Part shown: positions 36,161-45,900 of the stretch, one piece after another | How the letters are laid out: each line of letters starts with the position of its first letter | Position numbering within the stretch: position 1 is the stretch's first letter | DNA from: an uncultured Mycoplasmatota bacterium | Lineage (GTDB): Bacteria; Bacillota_I; Bacilli_A; RF39; UBA660 | Direction: 5' to 3' | Assembly (NCBI GenBank): GCA_900548695.1 | Contig: URLC01000002.1 | Span: forward strand, 95,692-159,691 | Length of the DNA: 64,000 nt | Made by a program: the position numbers and the translations under genes | Notes under the pieces: model-generated | Seen by the model: only the letters and a program-made list of their open reading frames with translations | The model's database searches: none | What the model was told of the DNA's origin: nothing

Positions 36161-37774
36161 ATGCTATTGTTTTATATTTTATTATTAGTATGTATTGTTA
36201 GTGCATTAAGTTATAAATCTAAGCGTTATCTTCATATGCTGCAACAGAATTTATATAATGAGAATAATCGTTATTTAAAATGGTTATTTCGAAATAGTAA
36301 GCAATTTTTAGATTTAGATTTACTGGCTATTTTAGGCTCTTGTATAGGGCTATTTGTTCTTTATGATTTAGAAAATTTTTCAATTTTATTAATAGTTGGA
36401 CTTGGAGTATTATTTCTTGCACTTGCTTATTTATGGAGAAGTCGTTTACGTAGTGATCAAAATAAGAAACCTTTGGTTATTACGAAAAGAGTTAAACGTT
36501 TAATATTCACAACATCTGTTTTATATTTGATTCCAATTTTATTTTTATTTGTTAATAATACAGATCAACAGTTTGTTTGGGCTATGATTACGTTACTTTC
36601 TATTATGGTGGTTTTAAATCCTTTGATAGTATTTTTAGCTAATATTATTAATTATCCAATTGAACGTTCTGTTTATCATTTTTATAAACATAAAGCTCAA
36701 TCTAAACTTAAAAGTATGAGTAATTTAAAGATTATTGGTATTACTGGTAGTTATGGTAAAACTAGTAGTAAAAATATTTTGAGTGATATTTTAAATATTA
36801 AGTATAATGCTTTACCTACACCTAGGAATTTAAATACTTATAATGGTCTTATTATGACAGTTAATAATCATTTAACTAAGTTTAACGATATTTTCATTGC
36901 GGAAATGGGAGCTTATGTTAAGGGGGAAATTAAGGGGCTTTGTAAGTTAGTTAAGCCAAAATATGGTATTTTGACTAGAATAGGTACTGCTCATTTAGAG
37001 TCTTTTGGAAGTGAACAAAATATTATAGATGGGAAATTTGAACTTATTGAGTCATTACCTAGTGATGGATTTGCTGTTTTAAATGGTGATGATTCTAAAC
37101 AAGTTTCTTATAAATTAAAGAATAAGGTTAGAGTTATTTGGATTGGTATTGATAATTCTAATGTTGATGTTAGAGCAACAAGTATTAAGTGTTCTAGTAA
37201 GGGTACTGAATTTGATGTTTCATTTCGAGGTGATAAACAAAAATATCATTTTGAAACGAAGTTATTAGGTAATCATAATGTATATAATATTTTAGCTGGT
37301 TTAGCTTTTGGTTATGAGTTTGGTATTTCTATTTTTGATTTGCAGCAAGCTGTTAAAGGTGTTAGACCAGTTGAACATCGTTTAGAGTTAAAGAAGTTAG
37401 GGAATTTTTATCAAATTGATGATGCTTATAATTCTAACCCAGTAGGAGCAGAAAATGCTTTAAAAGTTCTAGATATGATGCCTGGTGTTAAAGTGGTTGT
37501 TACTCCTGGGATGATTGAATTAGGTGATAAAGAAGATGAATACAATAAGAAGTTTGGAGAACAAATATCAGAGGTTGCTGACTATGTAGTCTTAGTTGGT
37601 GAACGACATACTAAGCCAATCAAAGAAGGGTTACTTGCTAAGGGCTTTGATAAAGATAAAATTGTAGTATTGAATGATGTTCGGGCTGCATATCCTTTTA
37701 TTGGACAGTTAGCGAATAAAAAAGAGGTATATGCATTATTTGAAAATGATTTACCTGATACATATAATGAATAG
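36161..37774 (+). CDS. murF: MurF-like Mur ligase with polytopic membrane N-terminus
   Basis: About 185 aa with 4-5 TM helices are followed by P-loop GITGSYGKTSSKN and DDAYNSNP. The gene is adjacent to ddl. Confidence 0.7.
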   Translation: MLLFYILLLVCIVSALSYKSKRYLHMLQQNLYNENNRYLKWLFRNSKQFLDLDLLAILGSCIGLFVLYDLENFSILLIVGLGVLFLALAYLWRSRLRSDQNKKPLVITKRVKRLIFTTSVLYLIPILFLFVNNTDQQFVWAMITLLSIMVVLNPLIVFLANIINYPIERSVYHFYKHKAQSKLKSMSNLKIIGITGSYGKTSSKNILSDILNIKYNALPTPRNLNTYNGLIMTVNNHLTKFNDIFIAEMGAYVKGEIKGLCKLVKPKYGILTRIGTAHLESFGSEQNIIDGKFELIESLPSDGFAVLNGDDSKQVSYKLKNKVRVIWIGIDNSNVDVRATSIKCSSKGTEFDVSFRGDKQKYHFETKLLGNHNVYNILAGLAFGYEFGISIFDLQQAVKGVRPVEHRLELKKLGNFYQIDDAYNSNPVGAENALKVLDMMPGVKVVVTPGMIELGDKEDEYNKKFGEQISEVADYVVLVGERHTKPIKEGLLAKGFDKDKIVVLNDVRAAYPFIGQLANKKEVYALFENDLPDTYNE

Positions 37775-37786
37775 GAGAGATGTATT

Positions 37787-39010
37787 ATGAAAATTAAAGT
37801 AGGAGTTATTTATGGCGGAGAAACAGTGGAACATGAAGTTAGTGTTATTTCTGCTATGCAAGCGATGAATAAATTGGATCAAGATAAGTATGATATTATT
37901 CCAATTTATATTACTAAGGATAGAGAATGGTATACTGGAGAAATGTTGAAAGATATTGAAGTATATCAAGATTTGTCATTAATTAAAAAATATGGGAAGA
38001 ATGTAGTTTTGTATTATAAAAATGGTTCTTTTGTTTTACAGAAGAAAAGTTTTCCTAAAACAGTTGTTACAGAGGTTGATATTGTTTTTCCAATTGTACA
38101 TGGTACCGGTGTAGAAGATGGTGGTTTACAAGGATATTTACAAACAGTTGGAATTCCTTTCGTAGGTAGTGATGTTTATGCTTCTGTTGTAGGACAAGAT
38201 AAAGTGTTTATGAAAGATATTTGGAAAAATAGCGAGCTTCCAATTACTAATTATGAATGGTTTTATGATGTTGATTATAAACAAGATAGTGATAAGGTTA
38301 TTGAAAAAGTTGAAAAAATTAAATATCCAGTCATTGTCAAACCTGCCACTACGGGTTCTAGTGTAGGTATTGCGGTATGTGGTAATCGTGAAGAATTAGT
38401 GGAAGCTATCGATGATGCTATTCAATATGATAAGAAGATTTTAGTAGAAGAGGTTGTTCAAAACTTAAAAGAAGTAAATATTGCTGTTATGGGTAATTAT
38501 GAACACCAAAAAGTAAGTGAAATAGAAGAAGTAATCTCAGCAAATAAATTTTTAACTTATGCTGATAAATATGTTGGTGGTGGCAAAGGAAAGTTAAAAG
38601 GTGTTAAAGCACCTGTGAAAAGTAGTTCCAAGGGTATGGCTTCTGCTAATAGAAAGTTGCCAGCTGATTTAAGTGAAAAGATTAGAAAAGAAGTAGAACA
38701 AGTTGCTATTGAAGCATTTAAAGCTTTGGGGTCTTCTGGTAACAGTAGAATTGACTTTTTAATTGATGAGGATAAGAATAAAGTATATATTAATGAAATT
38801 AATTCTATTCCTGGAAGTTTGGCTTTTTATTTATGGGAGGCTAAAGGTGTTGATTTTTCTTCTATGTTAGATGAGATGATTAATATTGGGGTTAAAGACT
38901 ATAAGAAGCGTGTTAGTAAAACACATTCATTTGATACTAACATTTTACAAGGTTTTGCTGCACATGGTGGAGTTAAAGGATTGAAAGGTGCTAAAGGGAA
39001 GTTAAGATAA
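37787..39010 (+). CDS. ddl: D-alanine--D-alanine ligase (long form)
   Basis: It has VGVIYGGETVEHEVSVISA, an ATP-grasp core and INEINSIPG. It also carries a Lys/Gly-rich insertion and tail. Confidence 0.88.
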   Translation: MKIKVGVIYGGETVEHEVSVISAMQAMNKLDQDKYDIIPIYITKDREWYTGEMLKDIEVYQDLSLIKKYGKNVVLYYKNGSFVLQKKSFPKTVVTEVDIVFPIVHGTGVEDGGLQGYLQTVGIPFVGSDVYASVVGQDKVFMKDIWKNSELPITNYEWFYDVDYKQDSDKVIEKVEKIKYPVIVKPATTGSSVGIAVCGNREELVEAIDDAIQYDKKILVEEVVQNLKEVNIAVMGNYEHQKVSEIEEVISANKFLTYADKYVGGGKGKLKGVKAPVKSSSKGMASANRKLPADLSEKIRKEVEQVAIEAFKALGSSGNSRIDFLIDEDKNKVYINEINSIPGSLAFYLWEAKGVDFSSMLDEMINIGVKDYKKRVSKTHSFDTNILQGFAAHGGVKGLKGAKGKLR

Positions 39011-39026
39011 CTTTCTTTTTTTCTTT

Positions 39027-39632
39027 ATGAATAAGATATTATTATTGATACGCTCTGAAAATACAGAAGAAGAAAACGGTTATTATATAAGAGCCATTGA
39101 ACAATTTGGTGGCGAGGTGGTATTGGCTTTTGATGGGGAAAGTCAGGAGAAAATTTTAAGAAAATTAGAAGAGGTTACTGGTATTTTATTACCTGGAGGA
39201 TTAGAAGTAGGTTTTCATGATTTCTTTTTAATCGAATATGCTTTAAAATACAATTTAAAATTATTGGGTATTTGTCAAGGAATGCAATCGATGGCGTTAT
39301 ATCAGACTGCAAATCAATTAGTAAGTATTGGAAACTTTAATCATCAGCAAAAAGAAGGTTATGTACATGAAGTTAGTTTGTTTTCTGGTAAGGTAAAAGA
39401 TATTTTTGAAAATAGTAAAATTATGGTTAATTCTCATCATTTACAAACTGTTTTATCAGGAGGAATGTTTTCTGTTGTTGGTAGATCAAGTGATGGTTTA
39501 ATAGAAGCGATTGAAGGATATTCAAAGATTTTTCAAGTAGGTGTTCAATGGCATCCTGAAAGAATGCTTGATTATGATAGTGGTAGTAATAGATTATTTT
39601 TAGCATTTATACAAAATAAAAACACAGATTAG
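39027..39632 (+). CDS. Class-I glutamine amidotransferase-like / peptidase C26 (gamma-glutamyl hydrolase family)
   Basis: It has the nucleophile elbow GICQGMQ and the His-Glu motif VQWHPE. Confidence 0.75.
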   Translation: MNKILLLIRSENTEEENGYYIRAIEQFGGEVVLAFDGESQEKILRKLEEVTGILLPGGLEVGFHDFFLIEYALKYNLKLLGICQGMQSMALYQTANQLVSIGNFNHQQKEGYVHEVSLFSGKVKDIFENSKIMVNSHHLQTVLSGGMFSVVGRSSDGLIEAIEGYSKIFQVGVQWHPERMLDYDSGSNRLFLAFIQNKNTD

Positions 39633-39694
39633 GCTGTATTTTGTGCATTTATAGATAAATAAAAAAAGGTGCTAGACACCTTTTAATTTTAAAA

Positions 39695-39770
39695 TGGTGG
39701 ACTGTTAGGGATTCGAACCCTAGACCCACTGATTAAGAGTCAGTTGCTCTACCAACTGAGCTAACAGTCC
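39695..39770 (-). tRNA. tRNA-Lys (CUU)
   Basis: The reverse complement GGACTGTTAGCTCAGTTGGTAGAGC...ACTGACTCTTAATCAGT...GGTTCGAATCC...CCA has anticodon loop CTCTTAA. Confidence 0.92.
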
Positions 39771-39922
39771 AAAATTAGATTTCTTATTGATTATAGCATA
39801 TAAAAATAAAAATGTGAATACCTAAATTAAATTTTATGTTAAATATCAATAATTATTTGAAGTGTTGTGTCTTAACTTTTCTTTTTTTAATATATGAGTT
39901 ATTATATGTATTAGGTGATAGT

Positions 39923-42268
39923 ATGAATAAAAATAGAATTATGGCAGATATTGAAATTGGATTAACGAATGATCAAGTCTTGGAAAGAGAAACAGAAGGA
40001 TTTGTTAATTTTAATACAGAATCTACTACTAAGTCTGTAAAACAGATTTTAAGAGATAATATTTGTACTTTGTTTAATATCATTAATATTGTTTTAGCAA
40101 TTGCTGTTATTTGTGTTGGTTCTTTTAAAAATTTAACTTTTATGATTATTATTGTTTTAAATACTTTAATTAGTACGTTTCAAGAGCTTAGGAGTAAGAA
40201 AACGTTGGATAAGTTACAAATTTTAGCAAGCTCTAAAGTAAAAGTTATTAGGGATAGAAAAAGGCAGTTTATTGGAATCAATGACATTGTATTGGATGAT
40301 ATTTTGGAAGTAGAACTTGGTGATCAAGTTGTTGTCGATAGTTTGATTCGTGATGGGGAAGTTGAAGTGGATGAATCTTTTATTACGGGAGAAGCTGAGA
40401 CCGTTTTTAAGAAAAAAGGGGATATGTTAATCTCTGGTAGTTTTGTTGTTAGTGGTAAAGCAATTTGTCAGGTACAACATATTGGACTTGATAATTATAC
40501 AGCTAAAATTTCTAGTGATACTAAGTATATTAAGCCTATTTCATCAGAGATTATGAAAAGTTTAAATAAAATTGTGTCAACTATTTCTTTTCTGATTGTA
40601 CCAGTTGGTATTTTACTTTTTTCAAGACAAATGTATTTGGAGGGAAATACTATATCACAGGCAGTTGTTAATACAGTTGCGGCTTTAATTGGGATGATTC
40701 CAGAAGGTTTGGTGTTGCTTACTAGTACAGTTTTGGCTATTAGTGTTATTCGTCTTTCTAAAAGAAAGGTATTAGTTCAAGATTTATATTGTATTGAGAC
40801 TTTAGCAAGGGTTGATACTATTTGTTTGGATAAGACAGGTACTATTACTGAGGGAAGTATGGAAGTTGCTTGTGTTGTTGCTAAGGATACTTCTTATGAT
40901 ATAGATGAAGTTTTAGCTAATATCAATTATTATTTAGATGAGGTTAATGCTACTGCTTTGGCTTTAAAAGATAAATTTGGTAAGAAGAATAATTTCAATT
41001 TGGTAGAAAAAATTCCTTTTTCTTCTAGTAAAAAGTATTCGGGAATTGTCCTTGATGATAAAGCTTACTTTATTGGTGCACCAGAATTTTTACTTAAGGA
41101 TAAAATAAAAAAATATAATAAAGAAATTTCAGAATACGCTAAAGATTATCGAGTTTTGTTATTAGCTTCTTCTGAAGATAAAAAACTTGATGATATCAAA
41201 GTTATTGGTTATATTTTATTACAAGATAAGATTCGAAAAGAAGCAGCTAGTACACTTAATTTTTTTAAACAGCAGGGTGTAGATATTAAAATTATTTCAG
41301 GAGATAATCCAGATACGGTTTATGGTATTGCTGTTAGGGCAGGACTTTCTCCTTCTGTTAAACAAGTTGATGCCACTACTTTAAAAACAGATCAAGATAT
41401 TATTGATGCTGTTTTGCAATATGATATTTTTGGTAGAGTGACACCTGATCAGAAGAAAAAATTTATTTTAGCATTACAACTTCTTGGTCATACAGTAGCC
41501 ATGACTGGTGATGGAGTTAATGATGTTTTAGCTTTAAAAGAGGCAGATTGTTCTATTGCTATGGCTAATGGCAGTGATGCTAGTAAAAATGTTAGTCAAT
41601 TAGTTTTACTAGATTCTAATTTTTCTTCTATGCCTCATGTAGTAGCAGAAGGGAGAAGAACGATTAATAATATTGAGCGTAGTGCGTCATTGTTTTTAGT
41701 AAAAACCATTTATGCATCTCTTTTGGCAATTATTTTTATTTTTATTGAAATGCCATATCCTTTTATCCCAATACAGTTAACCCTAGCTAGTGTTGTGACC
41801 ATTGGAATTCCATCTTTTGTGTTAGCTTTACAACCCAATCATGATAGAGTAAAGGGGAGTTTTTTAACAAGTGTTTTAAAAAGGGCTATACCACCAGCGA
41901 TTACAATTGTATTAAATATTTTAGTCGTATTTATCGCTAGTAATATGTTTAATTTTAGCTATGAGCAAACATCAACGTTATCAGTGGCGGTTACTGGTTA
42001 TACATCGTTTATTTTACTTTATAAAACTTGTAAGCCATTAAATCCACTTAGAACAGTGTTATTTGTTACTATGTTTATAGCCTTTATTTGTGGCTTTTCA
42101 TTGAAAAGTTTGTTCTCGTTTGCCTATTTTGATTTCGTAATGATTTTAGTTACCATTGTTTGTATCTTCTTGTCGCATTATTTATATAGGCTAATAGAAC
42201 GAACAGAGAGTGATGTTTTTGCATTTTTAGATCGAAAAAATAAAAAAAGTGAGAAATTTAGCAATTAA
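39923..42268 (+). CDS. Cation-translocating P-type ATPase (P2-like)
   Basis: It has the phosphorylation site DKTGTITEG, TGES-like TGEAE, PEGL in TM4 and the hinge TGDGVNDV. The ATG at 39923 follows AGGTGA. Confidence 0.9.
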   Translation: MNKNRIMADIEIGLTNDQVLERETEGFVNFNTESTTKSVKQILRDNICTLFNIINIVLAIAVICVGSFKNLTFMIIIVLNTLISTFQELRSKKTLDKLQILASSKVKVIRDRKRQFIGINDIVLDDILEVELGDQVVVDSLIRDGEVEVDESFITGEAETVFKKKGDMLISGSFVVSGKAICQVQHIGLDNYTAKISSDTKYIKPISSEIMKSLNKIVSTISFLIVPVGILLFSRQMYLEGNTISQAVVNTVAALIGMIPEGLVLLTSTVLAISVIRLSKRKVLVQDLYCIETLARVDTICLDKTGTITEGSMEVACVVAKDTSYDIDEVLANINYYLDEVNATALALKDKFGKKNNFNLVEKIPFSSSKKYSGIVLDDKAYFIGAPEFLLKDKIKKYNKEISEYAKDYRVLLLASSEDKKLDDIKVIGYILLQDKIRKEAASTLNFFKQQGVDIKIISGDNPDTVYGIAVRAGLSPSVKQVDATTLKTDQDIIDAVLQYDIFGRVTPDQKKKFILALQLLGHTVAMTGDGVNDVLALKEADCSIAMANGSDASKNVSQLVLLDSNFSSMPHVVAEGRRTINNIERSASLFLVKTIYASLLAIIFIFIEMPYPFIPIQLTLASVVTIGIPSFVLALQPNHDRVKGSFLTSVLKRAIPPAITIVLNILVVFIASNMFNFSYEQTSTLSVAVTGYTSFILLYKTCKPLNPLRTVLFVTMFIAFICGFSLKSLFSFAYFDFVMILVTIVCIFLSHYLYRLIERTESDVFAFLDRKNKKSEKFSN

Positions 42269-42343
42269 CGCTTGACTTTCTTACTTTTTTTATAGTATTC
42301 TAATATTGCGACTGGGAAAAATAAAAAATATTTTAATTTATAG

Positions 42344-42372
42344 TTGCAATTATTTAGAAAATAGTGTATATT
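42344..42372 (+). promoter_or_regulatory. Promoter for tRNA Ile-Asn-Glu cluster
   Basis: TTGCAA (42344-42349) is followed by a 17-nt spacer and TATATT (42367-42372). Confidence 0.6.
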
Positions 42373-42391
42373 GAATAAGTACTGTTAGTAT

Positions 42392-42468
<77 letters not shown>

Positions 42469-42476
42469 TTAATAGT

Positions 42477-42553
42477 GCCTCAATAGCTCAGTTGGTTAGA
42501 GCACTTGACTGTTAATCAAGGGGTCCTAGGTTCAAGTCCTAGTTGAGGCGCCA
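42477..42553 (+). tRNA. tRNA-Asn (GUU)
   Basis: It has anticodon stem CTTGA/TCAAG, loop CTGTTAA, discriminator G73 and an encoded CCA. Confidence 0.93.
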
Positions 42554-42556
42554 TAT

Positions 42557-42633
42557 GGCCAGTTGGTGAAGTGGCTTAACACACTGCCCTTTCACGGCAG
42601 CATTCACGGATTCGAATTCCGTACTGGTCACCA
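42557..42633 (+). tRNA. tRNA-Glu (UUC)
   Basis: It has anticodon loop CTTTCAC flanked by TGCCC/GGCAG, T-arm GGATTCGAATTCC and an encoded CCA. The exact 5' end is uncertain by 1 nt. Confidence 0.85.
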
Positions 42634-42643
42634 ATTTTGAATT

Positions 42644-42666
42644 TACTCCGTTAGGAGTTTTTTTGT
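42644..42666 (+). terminator. Intrinsic terminator after tRNA cluster
   Basis: Stem ACTCC/GGAGT with loop GTTA is followed by TTTTTTT. Confidence 0.65.
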
Positions 42667-42752
42667 TAAAAAAAATAGAGTAGAGTGAAGTAATTGGTAT
42701 TTTGGAAAAATATAAAGAAATTAATTTTATCTTTTTAATTTATGCTTTTTGG

Positions 42753-42781
42753 TTGACAATTCTTTTTTTCTACTGTAATAT
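42753..42781 (+). promoter_or_regulatory. Promoter for tRNA-Ser
   Basis: TTGACA (42753-42758) is followed by a 17-nt spacer and TAATAT (42776-42781). Confidence 0.65.
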
Positions 42782-42808
42782 TATATTTGCGAAAGCAATT
42801 TGAGATGT

Positions 42809-42899
42809 GGAGTAGTACTCAAGAGGCTGAAGAGGCGCCCCTGCTAAGGGTGTAGGTCGGGCAACTGGCGCGAGAGTTCAAATCTCTCCTACTCCGCCA
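42809..42899 (+). tRNA. tRNA-Ser (GCU)
   Basis: This is a 91-nt class II tRNA with a long variable arm, anticodon loop CTGCTAA and an encoded CCA. Confidence 0.92.
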
Positions 42900-42908
42900 T
42901 TATGAAAT

Positions 42909-42931
42909 TAAAGAGCGTAAGCTCTTTTTTT
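42909..42931 (+). terminator. Intrinsic terminator after tRNA-Ser
   Basis: Stem AAGAGC/GCTCTT with loop GTAA is followed by a T-run. Confidence 0.75.
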
Positions 42932-42994
42932 GTTTGCTTTTTTCTAGGCTATGGCTTGTTTTTATGATATAATCATGATAGGAGTGATAAGACT

Positions 42995-45900
42995 ATGGCA
43001 AATTTACTTAAAAACTTTTTTACAGATTTTGAAGATATTAATGACTACTATACTTTTTTAGTAGATAAGACCAAAAAGTTAGAGTATGTTGGTATTACTA
43101 ATGAATGGTTAATTGATAATTTTTACCTATTGGTTGAACATAAGACTAATGTAGTTCACGATAAAAAGTATGTGGAAAAAGATCTGAAAAAATATAATCG
43201 GATTTTTTATTGTCTTAAAGATATTGTTACACGTAATCATTATAATATTAGTTTTAAAATATTAGTTACAGAACTTCGTGATTATCAAAAGCAAATGAAA
43301 GTCGCATTTTCTTATCCAGAATTAACGTGTGTTAAGAATTTTTTATTGTTTATTTATACTAAAAGATTAGCTGATTTGTGTAAAGAAGAATATCATAATT
43401 TATTGAATAAGGAAAAAGTAGCTAGAATTATTGAAAGTAGAGAAGAAAAAGAATTAGAACTTTCAAATTTCTTGAGTTGCGATTTTTCGGTTCAAAAAGA
43501 TGTAAATTATATTTTTGAAATTAATAATCAATTAAAAGAGTTGGGAGCTAAAACTAATTCATTATTTAAAGAGTTGAATGAATTATTAGGCCAAAATAGT
43601 ATTAGCTTGAAAGAAATTATTAATCAAGAATATCAAAAAAATATTGATAATGATATTTTAATTTCTAATATTTTTGGAGATTTAAAAGAGTTTTTTGAAT
43701 TTACAGAAGAAGACTTGTTTAAAAAGGTTAGTAAGACAGAAAAAATGCTATTAGAAGATGAAATTTATTCTAAGATGACAGTAGAGTCTAAGAGATTATA
43801 TCGTAATCAGTTGTTAAAGCTTTCTAAGAAAAATCATAAAGATGAGCTTAGTTATTTAGAAGAGTTAGTAGAAAAAGCTAATGGAGATCAATACCATATT
43901 GGTTTTCAATTGTTTCCTAAGAAAAAAAATAATTTAAGAGTTATTTTATATATTTTGGTTATTTTAGTTGCGACTTTTGGAATTAGTTTCTTTCTTTCTA
44001 GATATTTTATTAGTTGGAGATTGATAGGATTTATTTTATTAGTGATACCGGTTAGTCAACTGTTTGTACAGATTTTTCAACAAATATTAATTAGGGTTGT
44101 ACCTACTAAACCAATTCTTAAGTTGGATTATTCTAAAGGTATTCCTGATGATTCTAAGACTATGGTGGTAATTCCCACTATTATTTCTAGTAAAGATAAA
44201 ATAAAAGAAATGTTTGATACATTGGAAACTTTTTATATTATTAATAAGACTGATAATTTATATTTTACTTTACTTGGAGATGTTAAAGCTAGTAATCAAG
44301 AAGTTTTAGATATTGATGATGAGTTAAGTGAATATGGAATTAGTTATGCTGAAAAGTTAAATAAGAAGTATAAAAAAGAGTTATTTTATTTCTTATATCG
44401 TAAACGTTTTTGGAATGAAGGAGAAAATTGTTATTTAGGATATGAACGTAAACGTGGTGCTTTGTTACAGTTTAACCAACTTTTACTTAAGAAAATGAGT
44501 AAGGAAGATCAAAAATATTGGTATTTTGCGAATACTTTAGGGGATATTAAAGAAGATATTCGTTATGTTATTACTTTGGATGAGGATAATCGATTGGTTT
44601 TAAATACAGCGTTAAATTTAGTTGGAGCAATGGCGCATCCTATGAATCATCCAGTATTAAATAAGGAAGAGACTAAAGTTGTTAAAGGGTATGCTTTAAT
44701 GCAACCTAGAGTTAGTTTGGATATTGAGGCTACTAATAAGAGTTTATACAGTCAAGTTTTTGCGGGAATAGGTGGATTTGATACGTATAGTGCTATGGTT
44801 CCAAATGTTTACCAAGATACTTTTGGAGAAGGTAGTTTTGTAGGTAAGGGAATTTATGATTTAAAGATATTTGATAAAGTACTTTCTAATGTTTTTCCTG
44901 AAAATTTAATTTTAAGTCATGATTTATTAGAGGGTAATTATTTACGTTGTGGTTATGTTTCTGATATTGAACTGATTGATGATTTTCCATCTAAGTTTTT
45001 AACAGATACGACAAGACATCATCGTTGGGCTAGAGGAGATATACAAATTATTGGTTGGCTGTTACCTTTTGTAAAAAATAAAGATGGTAAAAAAGTTAAA
45101 AATCCTATTAATTTATTAGGCAAATGGAAGATATTTGATAATTTAGTAAGAATGTTTTTATATCCAACATTGTTATTGGTGCTACTTTTTGCCATTTTCT
45201 TTTCTAAGATAAATCCATTATGGTGGATAGCTTTTATTGTATTAGTTATTGCAGTTCCAATTTTATTCTTTTTACACGGAAAGATTTATCAACATGATGG
45301 AAAAAAAGAAAAAGCTACTATTTATTATCATAAGTTACTTTTTGGTGGTAAGAGTATTATTTTGCGTTCTTATATTATTTTATCAACTTTGCCATTTTAC
45401 TCTAAATTATATTTAGATGCATTTTTTAGAACTATTTATCGTTTGACAGTCAGTCATAAAAATTTGCTTAATTGGATAACTGCTTCAGATGCTTCTAAAA
45501 ATATAGATTGTAGTATTAAAAGTTATTTTAAGAATTTTAGTTTTCATTTGATATTTAGTTTTATGTTACTAGTCGTTGGGGTAGCAACATTTAATATTTA
45601 TGCTAGTTTATTAGCTATTGTGTTTATTACGGCACCATTTGTTCTTTATACTGTAAGCAAAGACATTGATCCACAAAAGAAGGAATTAAAAGAAAAAGAA
45701 GTAGAAGATGTTAGACAAATTGCTTATCTTACATGGCGTTATTTTGCAGATAATTTAAAAGAAGAATATCATTATTTAATTCCAGATAATTATCAAGAAA
45801 ATAGAGAAAATAAATTAGATTTACGTACATCTCCTACAGGAATTGGGTTTTCTATGTTGGGTGTTGTTAGTGCTTGTGAATTAGAATTTATTTCTGATAC

